Part shown: positions 36,193 to 47,106 of the stretch, in pieces
Layout: the number at the start of each line of letters is the position of its first letter
Numbering within the stretch: position 1 is the stretch's first letter
Source: an uncultured Verrucomicrobiae bacterium
GTDB lineage: Bacteria; Verrucomicrobiota; Verrucomicrobiia; Chthoniobacterales; UBA10450
Direction of reading: 5' to 3'
DNA length: 64,000 bases
Assembly: GCA_963702135.1 (NCBI GenBank)
Contig: OY969715.1
Location: 1,539,187-1,603,186, forward strand
Made by a program: the position numbers and the translations under genes
The notes under the pieces: generated by a model
The model's database searches: none
Told to the model about the DNA's origin: nothing
Seen by the model: only the letters and a program-made list of their open reading frames with translations

Positions 36193-38603
36193 CTAAACCA
36201 TTGCGCGCTTTGATCGTCGAGGACCGGGCCTGCGACGCAACGCTGGTCGTCCGCGAACTCGAACGGGCCGGCTTCGCTCCGGCGTGGAAGCGGGTGGACA
36301 CGGAAGAGCAATATGTGAGTCAGCTGGAGACCTTGCCCGAACTGATCCTGGCCGATTACAACATGCCGAAATTTGGCGCTATCCGTGCCCTTGAGCTCCT
36401 TCAGTTGGCTGGGCTCGACATCCCTTTCATCATCGTGTCAGGAAGCATCGGGGAAGACGTTGCGGTCGCGGCGATGAAACAGGGTGCCGCCGATTACCTG
36501 TTGAAAGACCGCCTGGGGCGCCTGGGTCCGGCGGTGACCAATGCCCTGGAGCAAAGTCGAGCACGAAAGGAAGTTAAGCGGACGGAAGACGCCATTCGCG
36601 AGAGCGAGGAGCGGATGCGCTCAGTCTTGGAATCGGCTTTGGACTGTGTCATTACCATGGATCATCAGGGCAGGGTTGTTGAATTCAATCCGGCGGCCGA
36701 GAGAACCTTTGGCTACAAACGCGAGGCAGCCATCGGGCAGTTATTGGCCGACTTGATCATCCCGTCAGCGGCCCGCGAGCGTCATCAGCATGGCCTGGCG
36801 CGTTACCTTTCCACGGGTGAAGCATCGGTAGTTCTGGGGAAGCGCATCGAATTAACTGGAATGCGAAGCGACAAGTCGGAGTTTCCCCTGGAACTCTCGA
36901 TTACCCGGATGGGTTCGCAAGAACCTCCGATGTTTACCGGTTTCATCCGGGATATCACGGAGCGAAAGGAGGCGGAGAACCGGCTGCGCGAGCAAGCTAG
37001 CCTGCTGGAGCTGGCCCAGGACGCAATCATGGTCCGCGACATGGAAGATCGCGTCGAATTTTGGAATCACGGCGCGGAGAAATTGTATGGCTGGACGGCC
37101 GCGGAAGTTCATTGCAGGCCAGCTTCCAGTTTTCTTCATGAAGAACCCCCCTCCGTCGCTCTCGCGGCAAAACTGGCCGTAATCGAGAGTGGCAAATGGT
37201 CCGGCGAATGTAAGCACCTCCGGAAGGACGGTGAGAGCGTCATGGTCCGCAGCCGGTGGACCTTGGTCCGGGATGAATTGGGCGTGCCCCAATCCATCCT
37301 GATCATTAACACCGACATCACCGAGCAGAAAAAGATTGAAGAACAATTCTTGCGGGCCCAGCGGCTTGAAAGCATCGGCACCCTGGCCAGTGGCGTGGCG
37401 CACGACCTGAATAACGTTCTGGTTCCGATCCTGATGGCGGCGCCCCTTCTCCGCGAGGAAATGCCGGCGGCCGAGCGGGACAAACTCCTAGCAATTGTGG
37501 AAGCAAGCGCCGAGCGCGGAGCCAGCATCGTCAAGCAGGTGCTTACGTTCGCGCGGGGGGCGGATGGCGACCGCGTCCTCGTCCAGCCAATCTACCTCGT
37601 CCAGGAGATCGTAAAAATCGCCCAGAACACATTTCCCAAGTCGATCGAGGTTCGGACCAACTACCCGGAGGACCTTTGGGCCATCGTGGCGGACCCCACG
37701 CAATTGCACCAGATCCTGCTCAATCTCTGCATCAACGCGCGCGATGCCATGCCCACTGGCGGCACGCTCGCCCTCGCTTTGGAGAATTTCGATGTCGACG
37801 CTCACTATGCCAGCATGACCCCCGGCGCCCAAACCGGGCCGCACGTGATGCTGGAAGTAAGTGACACCGGAACTGGTATCGCCCGTGAAACTATCGATCA
37901 AATTTTTGATCCGTTCTTCACCACAAAGGAAGTGGGCTACGGCACGGGATTGGGCCTCTCGACAGCGCTTGGCATCGTCAAGAGTCATAGTGGATTCATG
38001 CAAGTCTACAGCGAGGTGGGAAGCGGCACTAGCTTCAAGGTCTTCCTGCCCGCGCACGTGAGCGAAGTCGCTGGCGCGCCGATAATCGCGACAACGTCTC
38101 TGCCGCGGGCTAACGGTGAGCTGCTCTTGATCGTGGATGACGAGAAATCCATTTTGCAGGTAGCCAAGGCTATCCTGGAAGATCAGGGCTATCGAGTGGT
38201 TACCGCCCTGGAGGCCACCGGAGCGCTGGCCATTTTTGCGCTCCGCATGCACGAGATCGCCCTCGTTCTGACGGACCTGGCGATGCCACTTATGGATGGT
38301 GTCACGCTGATTCGGACCCTGCAGAAAATGAAGCCCGACGTGCGGATAATCGCCTCGACCGGCCGCGGCGCTCAGGACGGACGCGCGAACGAGCTCGCAT
38401 CGTTGAACATTCACGCCAGCCTGGCCAAACCTTACAATAAGAACAAGCTGCTGACGGTCCTGCACGAGGCATTGGCTCAAGCTTCGGATAACTCCCAGGA
38501 ACAGGAATGTCCTCGTGCGCGCCTTGACGGCGCCCTTCTGCCAACCTGCGCGCCTTCTGAATACCCTTCTTCAAGCGCGCCCCTCCCGGCCCACACCCTA
38601 TGA
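36189..38603 (+). CDS. hybrid sensor kinase REC-PAS-PAS-HisKA-HATPase-REC
   Basis: Start [16 protein letters not shown] overlaps the upstream stop. PAS unit almost identical to the one in the 21250 and 26921 genes. H-box [52 protein letters not shown]-terminal LLIVDDEK...[12 protein letters not shown]. Confidence 0.9.
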   Translation: MTKPLRALIVEDRACDATLVVRELERAGFAPAWKRVDTEEQYVSQLETLPELILADYNMPKFGAIRALELLQLAGLDIPFIIVSGSIGEDVAVAAMKQGAADYLLKDRLGRLGPAVTNALEQSRARKEVKRTEDAIRESEERMRSVLESALDCVITMDHQGRVVEFNPAAERTFGYKREAAIGQLLADLIIPSAARERHQHGLARYLSTGEASVVLGKRIELTGMRSDKSEFPLELSITRMGSQEPPMFTGFIRDITERKEAENRLREQASLLELAQDAIMVRDMEDRVEFWNHGAEKLYGWTAAEVHCRPASSFLHEEPPSVALAAKLAVIESGKWSGECKHLRKDGESVMVRSRWTLVRDELGVPQSILIINTDITEQKKIEEQFLRAQRLESIGTLASGVAHDLNNVLVPILMAAPLLREEMPAAERDKLLAIVEASAERGASIVKQVLTFARGADGDRVLVQPIYLVQEIVKIAQNTFPKSIEVRTNYPEDLWAIVADPTQLHQILLNLCINARDAMPTGGTLALALENFDVDAHYASMTPGAQTGPHVMLEVSDTGTGIARETIDQIFDPFFTTKEVGYGTGLGLSTALGIVKSHSGFMQVYSEVGSGTSFKVFLPAHVSEVAGAPIIATTSLPRANGELLLIVDDEKSILQVAKAILEDQGYRVVTALEATGALAIFALRMHEIALVLTDLAMPLMDGVTLIRTLQKMKPDVRIIASTGRGAQDGRANELASLNIHASLAKPYNKNKLLTVLHEALAQASDNSQEQECPRARLDGALLPTCAPSEYPSSSAPLPAHTL

Positions 38604-39268
38604 TCATGACAACGACTACATTGCGAATTCTAATTGCGGACGATCATGAGGTGATGCGCGACGGCACGCGCGCGTTGATCGAACGTCAACCGGGCTGGGA
38701 AGTCTGCGGTGTGGCAGGGACCGGCCGGGAGGCAGTCGCGCAGGCCATTCGGCTTCAACCGAACATCGTCATCATGGACATGAGCATGCCCGACCTCAAT
38801 GGCCTCGATGCCGCGGTCCAAATCAAACGGCGTCTGCCGCGCACCGAGATTCTCGTCTTCACGGCGCATGAAACGGATGAATTGATCCGGGAGGTGTTCG
38901 AAGCGGGCGCAAAAAGCTACATTTTCAAATCCGAAGCTCATCATTTCCTCGTCGACGCGATCCAGTCTCTTTCCGAGCATAAACCATTTTTCACCAGCAA
39001 GGTCTCCGAGGTGTTGTTCGCGGAAATGCTCAATCGCTCCGGCGCCATGCCCCAGGCCACGCAAGCCAGCAGACGGCTTACGCCGCGCGAGCGGGAAATC
39101 GTGCAACTCCTGGCGGAGGGAAGCAGCAACAAGACAGTCGCCGGGGTGTTAGGCATTAGCATTCGCACCGCCGAGACGCACCGTGCCACTGTTCTCCGCA
39201 AGCTCAATCTCGACTCCCTCGCCAGCCTGGTCCGCTACGCTATCCGCAACAAAATTATCGAAGCATAA
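38600..39268 (+). CDS. NarL/FixJ-family response regulator
   Basis: ILIADDHEVMRDG...IVIMDMSMPDLNG...VFTAH. LuxR HTH REREIVQLLAEGSSNKTVAGVLGISIRTAETHR. ATG overlaps the upstream stop. Confidence 0.92.
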   Translation: MIMTTTTLRILIADDHEVMRDGTRALIERQPGWEVCGVAGTGREAVAQAIRLQPNIVIMDMSMPDLNGLDAAVQIKRRLPRTEILVFTAHETDELIREVFEAGAKSYIFKSEAHHFLVDAIQSLSEHKPFFTSKVSEVLFAEMLNRSGAMPQATQASRRLTPREREIVQLLAEGSSNKTVAGVLGISIRTAETHRATVLRKLNLDSLASLVRYAIRNKIIEA

Positions 39269-39303
39269 CCAGCTCCAGTTTTACGCAAAATCCGACGACA
39301 GTT

Positions 39304-39657
39304 TTGGTGGTCGACGACGATCTAGCCATGCGCACGATCGTGAGCTTAACCCTTGCCGCTTTGGGCTACGTTGCCCTGGCTGCGCCGGACGGTGAGGGGG
39401 CGCTGCAAAGCGCCCGCGACCACCCGGAAATTCGGCTCATCATCCTGGACGTTGTGATGTCCGGCTTGTCCGGCAAGAAGCTCGCGGAGCAACTAAAGGC
39501 CAGCCTTCCGCAATCCTCCATCTTGTTCTGCTCGGGTCATCCTGCCGCCACGATGACGCGGCACGACATCGACCTTCGAGTTGACCATTTCCTGCAGAAG
39601 CCCTGCCGTCCTCCTGAACTAAAACGCAAGCTGGAAGAGATGTTGACGACAACCTAG
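39304..39657 (+). CDS. single-domain receiver protein
   Basis: TTG start. VVDDDLAMRT...LIILDVVMSGLSG...FCSG...QKP. Confidence 0.72.
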   Translation: MVVDDDLAMRTIVSLTLAALGYVALAAPDGEGALQSARDHPEIRLIILDVVMSGLSGKKLAEQLKASLPQSSILFCSGHPAATMTRHDIDLRVDHFLQKPCRPPELKRKLEEMLTTT

Positions 39658-39700
39658 CCGCATTTTCGCCGCTTCCGTTCTAACTGAAAGTTATACCGTT

Positions 39701-40873
39701 ATGATGCATGAATTCCTTACGAACAACCGGCAGGAGTTAATCGAGCGCTGCCGGACGAAAGTCGCTCGAAGATCCGTGCCCAAGCTTACCGACGAGGAGT
39801 TGGATCACGGGATAACACTCTTCCTCGACCAAATCATCAAGACCCTCAAGGCCGAGGAGTCAGACCAGGGCGCGGAGAGCCGCCGGCTTTCAGGTCCGTC
39901 CGGCGGGGCGGATGCTATCATGTCCGAAATGGGAGTGGCGGCGAAGGCGCACGGCCGCGAATTGTTGGAACACGGATTTACTATTGACCAGGTGGTCCAC
40001 GACTACGGCGATCTCTGTCAATCCGTCACCGATCTGGCGGTCGACCTTAGTCTGCCGATCTCGAATGACGAGTTTCGAACCCTTAACCGTTGCCTTGACA
40101 ATGCGATCGCGGTTGCCGCCACCGAGTTCAGCGCGCAACGGGATAATGTGTTTGCCGACAAGGATGCCCGCGCGAACGAGCGTTTGGGATTTTTCGCGCA
40201 CGAGTTACGCAATCAACTCAACAGCGCAACTCTCGCGCTTACCGCCATCAAAGCCGGCTCGGTGGGGTTGACTGGCGCGACAGGCGCCGTCCTGGATCGA
40301 AGCCTGGTCGCGTTGCGCCGTCTGATCGACCGTTCCCTTTCGGAGGCGCGTGCGACAGCCGGAATGCCGGTGCGACATCGCCTGTTTTCGCTGGCTGAGT
40401 TCATCGCGGAAGTGCAGCTCTCCGCCTCGTTAGAAGCGCAGGTAAACAAATGCACCTTAACGGTCTCTTATGCTGATTCGCGGCTGGCGCTGGATGCCGA
40501 CCGGGAACTGCTCCTGTCAGCGGTCGGAAACTTGTTGCAAAACGCGTTCAAATTCACCCATTCCGGCAGTGACGTTACCTTAAAGGCATACGCAATCGGC
40601 GAGCGGATCCTCATCGAGGTCGAGGATAAGTGTGGCGGTCTTCCTGTGGGTGACGTTGAAACGATGTTCCTGCCCTTCGCTCAGAGCGGCGCCGACAGGA
40701 GCGGCCTTGGCCTGGGACTATCCATCTCGCGGCGGAGCGTCGAGGCGAATTTGGGGACTCTCAGCGTCCGTGACATCCCCGCGTCGGGATGCGTTTTCAC
40801 TATCGATCTACCCCGTCACGCCATGCCGGTTGGCGCCAAGTACGAAAAGTCACTCTCTGCTTCGTTGCGCTAA
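39701..40873 (+). CDS. soluble histidine kinase (helical N-terminal domain, HisKA, HATPase)
   Basis: H-box FFAHELRNQLNSATLAL. NLLQNAFKFT, DKCGGLP, GLGLGLSISRRSV. No TM segment. Confidence 0.88.
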   Translation: MMHEFLTNNRQELIERCRTKVARRSVPKLTDEELDHGITLFLDQIIKTLKAEESDQGAESRRLSGPSGGADAIMSEMGVAAKAHGRELLEHGFTIDQVVHDYGDLCQSVTDLAVDLSLPISNDEFRTLNRCLDNAIAVAATEFSAQRDNVFADKDARANERLGFFAHELRNQLNSATLALTAIKAGSVGLTGATGAVLDRSLVALRRLIDRSLSEARATAGMPVRHRLFSLAEFIAEVQLSASLEAQVNKCTLTVSYADSRLALDADRELLLSAVGNLLQNAFKFTHSGSDVTLKAYAIGERILIEVEDKCGGLPVGDVETMFLPFAQSGADRSGLGLGLSISRRSVEANLGTLSVRDIPASGCVFTIDLPRHAMPVGAKYEKSLSASLR

Positions 40874-41514
40874 AGTCCGGGCTCTCGAAAGCGCTCCAGT
40901 TCTTTTTCGTAACATTCGGGACACGCGCCATGGCTGAACCGGCTGCCCGTCTCTTTTTGGATGTAGCTCTCGACCAGGTCCCAATAATCGTGCTCGTCGC
41001 GCACTCTGCGGCAATAGACGCAGATCGGAATCATCTCTTGCAGGTGCCGGATTTCAGCGGTGTATTTCAGGATCCTTTCCGCCACCGCCAGCCGCATTTG
41101 GAGGGCTATGCGATCGAGCGGTTTGGTCAGGAAATCGTCAATTCCCGCCGAGGTCGCCAAGGCATAATTTTCGGCGCTCGTATTGTTCGCGGTGAGGAGA
41201 ATGAAGTAGGTATACGGGGTCCGGGCGCGGGCGCGCACCTTCTCGCAGAAGGCCAGGCCATCCAACCCCGGCATCATCCAGTCACTTACGATCAGCCGCA
41301 CTGGTTCGTGGTCGAACCTATCCCAGGCTTCGGCGCCATCGCGAACGATCACGGGATCGTATCCGAGCTTTGAGAGCGCAATCTGCAGGATTTTGGCGCT
41401 AACCGGGTCATCTTCGGCCATTAGAATCGGGTTTTGCTTTGGCGACAAAGCCGCCTGAAGGCGACTGGGCAGTGCGGCCGAGAGGCCGGTCGATTTATCA
41501 TCAAGGGTGGACAT
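40870..41514 (-). CDS. response regulator with C-terminal Cys/His-rich (putative zinc-binding) output domain
   Basis: ILMAEDDPVS...LIVSDWMMPGLDG...LLTA...TKP receiver. The C-terminus is IPICVYCRRVRDEHDYWDLVESYIQKETGSRFSHGACPECYEKEL. Confidence 0.85.
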   Translation of the reverse strand: MSTLDDKSTGLSAALPSRLQAALSPKQNPILMAEDDPVSAKILQIALSKLGYDPVIVRDGAEAWDRFDHEPVRLIVSDWMMPGLDGLAFCEKVRARARTPYTYFILLTANNTSAENYALATSAGIDDFLTKPLDRIALQMRLAVAERILKYTAEIRHLQEMIPICVYCRRVRDEHDYWDLVESYIQKETGSRFSHGACPECYEKELERFREPGL

Positions 41515-41549
41515 GGCAATGGTGGGGCGAGAGCTTCGACAGGCCGGGG

Positions 41550-42074
41550 TTAAAGCGGAATCCGAAGTTTGAGCGAGCCGGTGGCGGAAAGCGCAGTCTC
41601 CAGGGCCAGAACCCGATCGGCCAGCGTTTCCTGTGAACTCATCACACGCAAGCCGACCAGAATGCGCGCCCGCAATTCTTCGGCATGAAATGGCTTCACC
41701 AGATAGTCGTCGGCGCCCGCACTCAATCCTTCGATCATGTCCTCTTTGCTCCCGTGCGCGGTGAGCAGAATAAGGTAAATCCTCTTCTCCACTGCGCGAA
41801 GACGGCGGCAGATCTCGAGCCCGTCCATTCCCGGCATCGACCAGTCGAGGATGGCCAGGGACGGCGCGTCACGACCGCGCAGGAAGGCCATCGCTTCAAT
41901 GCCATCATTGGTGACCACGACATTGTAGCCCCATTTCTGGAGCCGGCTCGAAATGAGCGTACGCGACACCGGATCGTCCTCGGCCACGAGAATTCGGGCT
42001 TTCGAGGAGGCCTGTGGCGGCAACTCGTTTTGATCAAACGAGGGCAGCGTAAATTTTATCAGTTTCTCGTTCAA
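41550..42074 (-). CDS. single-domain response regulator
   Basis: [10 protein letters not shown]...[13 protein letters not shown]...LLTAH...VKP. Overlaps the upstream kinase stop by 41 nt, so the start is uncertain. Confidence 0.85.
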   Translation of the reverse strand: MNEKLIKFTLPSFDQNELPPQASSKARILVAEDDPVSRTLISSRLQKWGYNVVVTNDGIEAMAFLRGRDAPSLAILDWSMPGMDGLEICRRLRAVEKRIYLILLTAHGSKEDMIEGLSAGADDYLVKPFHAEELRARILVGLRVMSSQETLADRVLALETALSATGSLKLRIPL

Positions 42075-44754
42075 GTTCTGTGAACCTTTCCTTCGCTCCG
42101 CCGAAATTGTTTTCCTGGCCGTGCTGCTCCAGACGCAACGCCAAAGTCTCCGCAGTGCCCGCCCCGAAAGCTCCGAGCGAGCTCATCAATTTGTGGGCCT
42201 GTGCCGCCAGCGCCGGACCGTCGCGTGTCTCCACGGCCTCCCCAATCGCTTGCACAATCTGCGGCGTGTTGTCGTTGAAAATCGCGACCAGCTCGCTCAT
42301 CAATTCTTCATCGCCGTCACATTGCGAGAGCAATTGTTCGCGGCTGAAGAGCAGCAGAGCTTGCCGGGCGTCTTCTCCCATCGGGGTGCCAGCCTCGCCC
42401 AGCACTCGAAAGAGATCGTCCTTCCGCAGCGGCTTGGAAACGTAGTCGTCCATCCCCGCCGCCAGGCAACGTTCCCGGTCCCCGGTCATGGCATGAGCGG
42501 TCATCGCTACGATTCTCGTGTGCCGGCCAGTCGCTCCTTCCAACTCGCGAATGCGCCGCGTCGCTTCGAATCCGTCCATCTCCGGCATCTGCACATCCAT
42601 CAAGATGATGTCGAAATTTTCACGCGCGACGGCTTCCAAAGCTTCGCGTCCGTTATCGGCATGCACCAATGAATGGCCCTGTTTTTCGAGGATACCCGCG
42701 GCGACGGCGCGGTTGATCAGGTTGTCCTCGGCCAGCAGGATGCGGAGGCCGATTGAGTTTCGGACGGCGACCGGGGCCAGGCTCGCCGGGGGCGGCGGAA
42801 TGATCTCAACCGTCTTGCCTAGCGCGGTCAGGATTGCATCGATCAACTCGGCCTGGGTCACCGGTTTGGTCAGGTAGCTCGCCACGCCCAGTTCGCCGCA
42901 GCGCGCGATCGCTCCGGCCGGCATCGCCGAGGAGAGCATCATCACCGTCGCGCCGGAGAGCTCCGCGTGTTCGCGAATTTTCTCCACCACCATGAAGCCA
43001 TCCATCTCGGGCATCATCCCATCGAGGATGACAAGCGGGAATGGCATCCCGGCATGCGCCGCTCGCAGCATCTCCACGATCGCGGCCGCGCCGGAAGCAA
43101 CGACGGAGGGCTGCATCCGCCAATGCAAAAGCATTTCGCGCAGAATTCGACGATTCACCGCGTTGTCGTCCACGACGAGGACGCGCAGGCCTTCGAGTTC
43201 GCTGATGTCGACATGCCGAACGTTCGGCGCCGGCGTATGCCGCACCGGCAGCCGCGCGGTGAAGTGGAACGTTGTTCCTTCACCCATGATGCTCTCGACC
43301 CAGAGCCGCCCACCCATATGCCGGACGAGCTGTGAGGCGATTGAAAGCCCGAGTCCCGTGCCGCCATGGGTTCGTGTGGTAGTGCCGTCCGCTTGCGCGA
43401 ACGCTTCGAAAATCAGCGCGCGCTTTTCCTCCGGAATGCCCACCCCGGTATCCGTGATAGTGAAATGCAGACAGTGCTCGTCGTCGGTCGCAGACTCGAC
43501 CGTAACACCCACCGTTACGTCGCCGCGCTCGGTGAACTTGATCGCGTTGTCGGTCAAATTGGTAAGAATTTGACGCAGGCGCATCGGGTCGCCGATCAGA
43601 TGATCAGGCACCACCGCCGAGATGTCGGCTGTCAGTTCGAGTCCCTTTTGATCGGCTCGCATTCCAAGCGGCTTGAGCGTCGCACCGAGGCAATCGCGCA
43701 GGCTGAAGCTGATCGCTTCCAGCTCGAGCTTGCCCGCCTCGATCTTGGAAAAATCGAGGATATCGTTGATCAAACCGAGCAAAGAAAGCGCCGATCTCTT
43801 CGCCATGCTGAGATATTCGCGCTGCTCGCGGTCGAGCTTTGTTTCAAGCACCAGTTCGGTCATGCCAATGATGCCATTCATCGGGGTGCGAATCTCGTGG
43901 CTCATGTTCGAGAGGAACTCACTCTTCGTCCGGTTGGCGGCTTCGGCGGATTCCATCGCGGCTTGCAGTTCAGCGGTTCGCGCCACCACGCGCGCTTCGA
44001 GTTGGTCGCGCATTCGCCGCAGTGCATCTTCGGCCTGCCGGCGTTTCTGCACCATGTTATTGAAAGCGGTGGCTAACTCACCAATCTCATCCTTGCGCGG
44101 TGCCGGCATCGACAAGTCCGTGCGACCATCGGCAAATCTCGTCGCCAAATTTGTCAGCTGTTGAAGCGGTCTGGCAATCGAGCGGCCCATATAATAGGCG
44201 ATTAACAGCGCGATGATGACGCTGCTTAATCCTGCCACAACTACCTGGTAGATTGAACGCCGCGTCAGGTGCATCAATTCCTCGTAGAGCGGCGTGTACT
44301 CCATAATTACAGCGCCGATTACTTGCCCGGATTCTCCTTCGACTGGCACCACGACTTGCATGATACCCTCCGGGTGTTTCTCACCAGACTCCACAAAGGT
44401 GCGCACCTGCCGATCCTTCATCGTGGCCGCGACTTCGCCACCCGGGTCCTGAGTAAAAGGGAGGCCGACCTCTGACGGATCTGCGTCGGCAAAGACCAGT
44501 TTATTAAGGTCCAGTAAGACCACATCCCGGCCCTGGTTCTCATGCAGCCTGGCCATGATTTCCTGGGCAGACGTCGAAAGCTGATTTGAGTCCGAGGAGA
44601 AGAGGAAACTCACCACGCGCGCAACTTCCTGGGCTTCCTTGGTGGCGCCGACCATGGCGATCGCGTGTTGCCGGTTCACCGCGAGCGCACCCACCAGGGC
44701 CACGAGTGAAGACATCCCGAGCAAGGTCCAAAGGATTTTCGTCCTAATTTTCAC
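42034..44754 (-). CDS. hybrid sensor kinase (TM, periplasmic sensor, TM, HAMP, HisKA, HATPase, REC, REC, Hpt)
   Basis: [52 protein letters not shown]. Two receivers ([20 protein letters not shown]...[12 protein letters not shown]). C-terminal Hpt [13 protein letters not shown]. Confidence 0.92.
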   Translation of the reverse strand: MKIRTKILWTLLGMSSLVALVGALAVNRQHAIAMVGATKEAQEVARVVSFLFSSDSNQLSTSAQEIMARLHENQGRDVVLLDLNKLVFADADPSEVGLPFTQDPGGEVAATMKDRQVRTFVESGEKHPEGIMQVVVPVEGESGQVIGAVIMEYTPLYEELMHLTRRSIYQVVVAGLSSVIIALLIAYYMGRSIARPLQQLTNLATRFADGRTDLSMPAPRKDEIGELATAFNNMVQKRRQAEDALRRMRDQLEARVVARTAELQAAMESAEAANRTKSEFLSNMSHEIRTPMNGIIGMTELVLETKLDREQREYLSMAKRSALSLLGLINDILDFSKIEAGKLELEAISFSLRDCLGATLKPLGMRADQKGLELTADISAVVPDHLIGDPMRLRQILTNLTDNAIKFTERGDVTVGVTVESATDDEHCLHFTITDTGVGIPEEKRALIFEAFAQADGTTTRTHGGTGLGLSIASQLVRHMGGRLWVESIMGEGTTFHFTARLPVRHTPAPNVRHVDISELEGLRVLVVDDNAVNRRILREMLLHWRMQPSVVASGAAAIVEMLRAAHAGMPFPLVILDGMMPEMDGFMVVEKIREHAELSGATVMMLSSAMPAGAIARCGELGVASYLTKPVTQAELIDAILTALGKTVEIIPPPPASLAPVAVRNSIGLRILLAEDNLINRAVAAGILEKQGHSLVHADNGREALEAVARENFDIILMDVQMPEMDGFEATRRIRELEGATGRHTRIVAMTAHAMTGDRERCLAAGMDDYVSKPLRKDDLFRVLGEAGTPMGEDARQALLLFSREQLLSQCDGDEELMSELVAIFNDNTPQIVQAIGEAVETRDGPALAAQAHKLMSSLGAFGAGTAETLALRLEQHGQENNFGGAKERFTELERETDKIYAALV

Positions 44755-44768
44755 GTTGGTGCTCGAAC

Positions 44769-45596
44769 TTAGAAAGTGAACTGGAATCCCAGGTACCCAA
44801 GAACGCTGCGATGTTCGTTACTTTCGCTTAGGAGGTCGTGGCCAAGGCTCGCCAGAAGTGCGATATGCTCCGTGAGCGTAACCCGCGTGCCGAAATTCAC
44901 GGTCAATTGGCGGGAACTAAGATCGGCCGGCAAGTCGGAATGCAGTTCCGCCAGGATTTCGAACTTCTCATTTACGGGCCAGGCGCCGACTATGCCTAGG
45001 ATCCATTCGTCCGCGGCGTTGAGGCCAACAACGTAACCGGCCTCGGCCGCGAATTCGAACGGCCCGATGCTTCGCGAAATCTGCGACGGCAAGATCAAAT
45101 GCGTTCCGCGTTCCACCAGACCGCGACGAACCGAGGACGAGGTCATGTTCCATTCGATTTGCGGATAGAACGACATCGAGACGCCGTTCCTCTTTTCGTC
45201 CAGAAAGCGCCACTTGATGCCGGCCGCGGCGTTGCCCAGACCACGCTGGGTTCCGGTATCGCTGTGCTGACGGAGGAGCCATGCGCCTTCCAACTTCAAT
45301 TGCACGTGATCGCCGGCTCCGTAGTTAATGTCGAGCGCCGGGAGCTCACCGAGGTTTTCTCCAGAACTCCGCTCCAAAACGCCCGCCACATTGATTTCCC
45401 AATGGCGATTCCCTGGCGTACCAGGGTCGTCTGTCATCATGGGCGGTCCGCCCTGGGCAGAAACAAACCGAGCACCGAAGAGCACGAAACAGGAGACGGC
45501 AACAACCGTGGAGCGTGAAAGAACGGTATGTCGCCTTCTTTGGGTAATTCCCATAACTCGAGAATGGGTGGTCGATCTATGGGTAAAGGCACACAT
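44769..45596 (-). CDS. outer-membrane beta-barrel protein (MetA/phenol-degradation-type transporter family)
   Basis: Signal [18 protein letters not shown]. Alternating beta-strand pattern. C-terminal aromatic GYLGFQFTF. Confidence 0.72.
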   Translation of the reverse strand: MCAFTHRSTTHSRVMGITQRRRHTVLSRSTVVAVSCFVLFGARFVSAQGGPPMMTDDPGTPGNRHWEINVAGVLERSSGENLGELPALDINYGAGDHVQLKLEGAWLLRQHSDTGTQRGLGNAAAGIKWRFLDEKRNGVSMSFYPQIEWNMTSSSVRRGLVERGTHLILPSQISRSIGPFEFAAEAGYVVGLNAADEWILGIVGAWPVNEKFEILAELHSDLPADLSSRQLTVNFGTRVTLTEHIALLASLGHDLLSESNEHRSVLGYLGFQFTF

Positions 45597-45792
45597 AATT
45601 GCTTTCAGTCAGATTTATTGAGCCCCTCCCACAACTTGCGCGTGTGACGGTCTGTGACCCGTAAGTCCCATGGAGAATCTCGGTTAATTAAAAGCCAGCC
45701 CTATACCGGAAACTGCGCGGCTATTACGCGCTTCAAGTTGCGGACTGTACGTAGTCGGATCCGCGCCTCAGAATCTGAGATTGACTAAAACG

Positions 45793-47106
45793 TCACGAGT
45801 CAACCGTCTGTCGCATCAACAGCACGGCATCCGGCTCGGTGCCGCTATCTAACACCGATTTGCCTATTTCAATCGGAGCGTTGTCTTGCGCAGTTGCGGT
45901 TGAAATCGGGTACGGACCCTCCTTGAACAGCCAGGTCAAGGCTTTGACCGCCAATTCAACCAATAGGAATGGTTTCGCGATGAAATCGTTCCCGCCGCTG
46001 AGCGTCGATTGCGCCCGGCTTCCGAAGTTGGAATGGGCGGTGACAAACACTACCGGCGTCGCACGGTTCGTTTCCATCTCACGGATGTTCACGCAGAGAT
46101 CGGGGCCGCTTTCTCCCGGCATCTCGACATCGAGAAAGATCAGGTCGAACTTTTCCTGCTCCAGCAGGCGGTGGGCGGCGAGCGAATCATCCAGGCTCAC
46201 TGCGCGAAGGTTCGCCTGACCAAGCGCGGTGCAGATCGTCTCGCGCGAAATGATTTCGTCGTCGACAACCAGAATCCTCGGCAGCGCTAACTCTTCGGTT
46301 TGATGATGCGCGGCCTGGTCGAACAAGGAGGCCAGGGTGTCGATCGCTTGCGCGACCGTCCGCACGACTGAGGGAGTGATTTTCCCAGGCTTGGCGTGCA
46401 GTTGAATGAGTAACGCCTCCAAGGCATGGGCCACCCGCGCGATTTTCCCCAGGCCAATGGGGCCGGCGGAGGCGGCCAGCCAACGGACTTGCCGGTGCAT
46501 CTTGACGAGTTCAGTCTCGCGCAAGTAGGCCTCTTCCGTCCTGACCAGGACTTGGTGGCCGGCCCGTAACTTCGCCAGTGTTTCCGGCCCATTGATCAGG
46601 AGCGTCGCCACCAGTTCCTCTCGATACTCCGTTTCAAACTGCGGCCCGGGCGTTTCGCTGTCCTCCGGGACAACGCCAACCCTGCCGGTCGCACTCGCAA
46701 TGTTGGACTGGCCAGCACTGAATAGCTCCCGCACAAGCTCCAACATCCGACTCGGCGTGCTTTCCGATTTCGTCACACACTTGTTTGCGCCTGCTTCCAA
46801 GGCGGCCTGACCCAAATGGCCAAGGTAAGCGTTCGAGATAACAAGGATCGGCAACGCCACCATGTCGAACGCCGAACGGATAGTCCCGATAACTTTAGGG
46901 ACGTCCATTCCCGGCAGACATAAATCGAGGATCACCAGGTCTATCGGCTCGTTAGTGAGCGTTTGCATGGCCTTGTGATCGTTGTCCGCAACCTTCACGT
47001 TGAATCCGTGGCTCCGGAATTTGTCCTGACACCAATGAATGGCGATCTGGTCGTCATTCACAATCAGGATCGTTTTCTTCCTGGCGGGAGTAAAAATTCT
47101 TTTCAT
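45793..47106 (-). CDS. REC-Hpt-REC phosphorelay protein
   Basis: ILIVNDDQ...[10 protein letters not shown] receiver. Central Hpt-like [31 protein letters not shown]. Second receiver ILVVDDEI...[13 protein letters not shown]...AKP. Confidence 0.85.
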   Translation of the reverse strand: MKRIFTPARKKTILIVNDDQIAIHWCQDKFRSHGFNVKVADNDHKAMQTLTNEPIDLVILDLCLPGMDVPKVIGTIRSAFDMVALPILVISNAYLGHLGQAALEAGANKCVTKSESTPSRMLELVRELFSAGQSNIASATGRVGVVPEDSETPGPQFETEYREELVATLLINGPETLAKLRAGHQVLVRTEEAYLRETELVKMHRQVRWLAASAGPIGLGKIARVAHALEALLIQLHAKPGKITPSVVRTVAQAIDTLASLFDQAAHHQTEELALPRILVVDDEIISRETICTALGQANLRAVSLDDSLAAHRLLEQEKFDLIFLDVEMPGESGPDLCVNIREMETNRATPVVFVTAHSNFGSRAQSTLSGGNDFIAKPFLLVELAVKALTWLFKEGPYPISTATAQDNAPIEIGKSVLDSGTEPDAVLLMRQTVDS

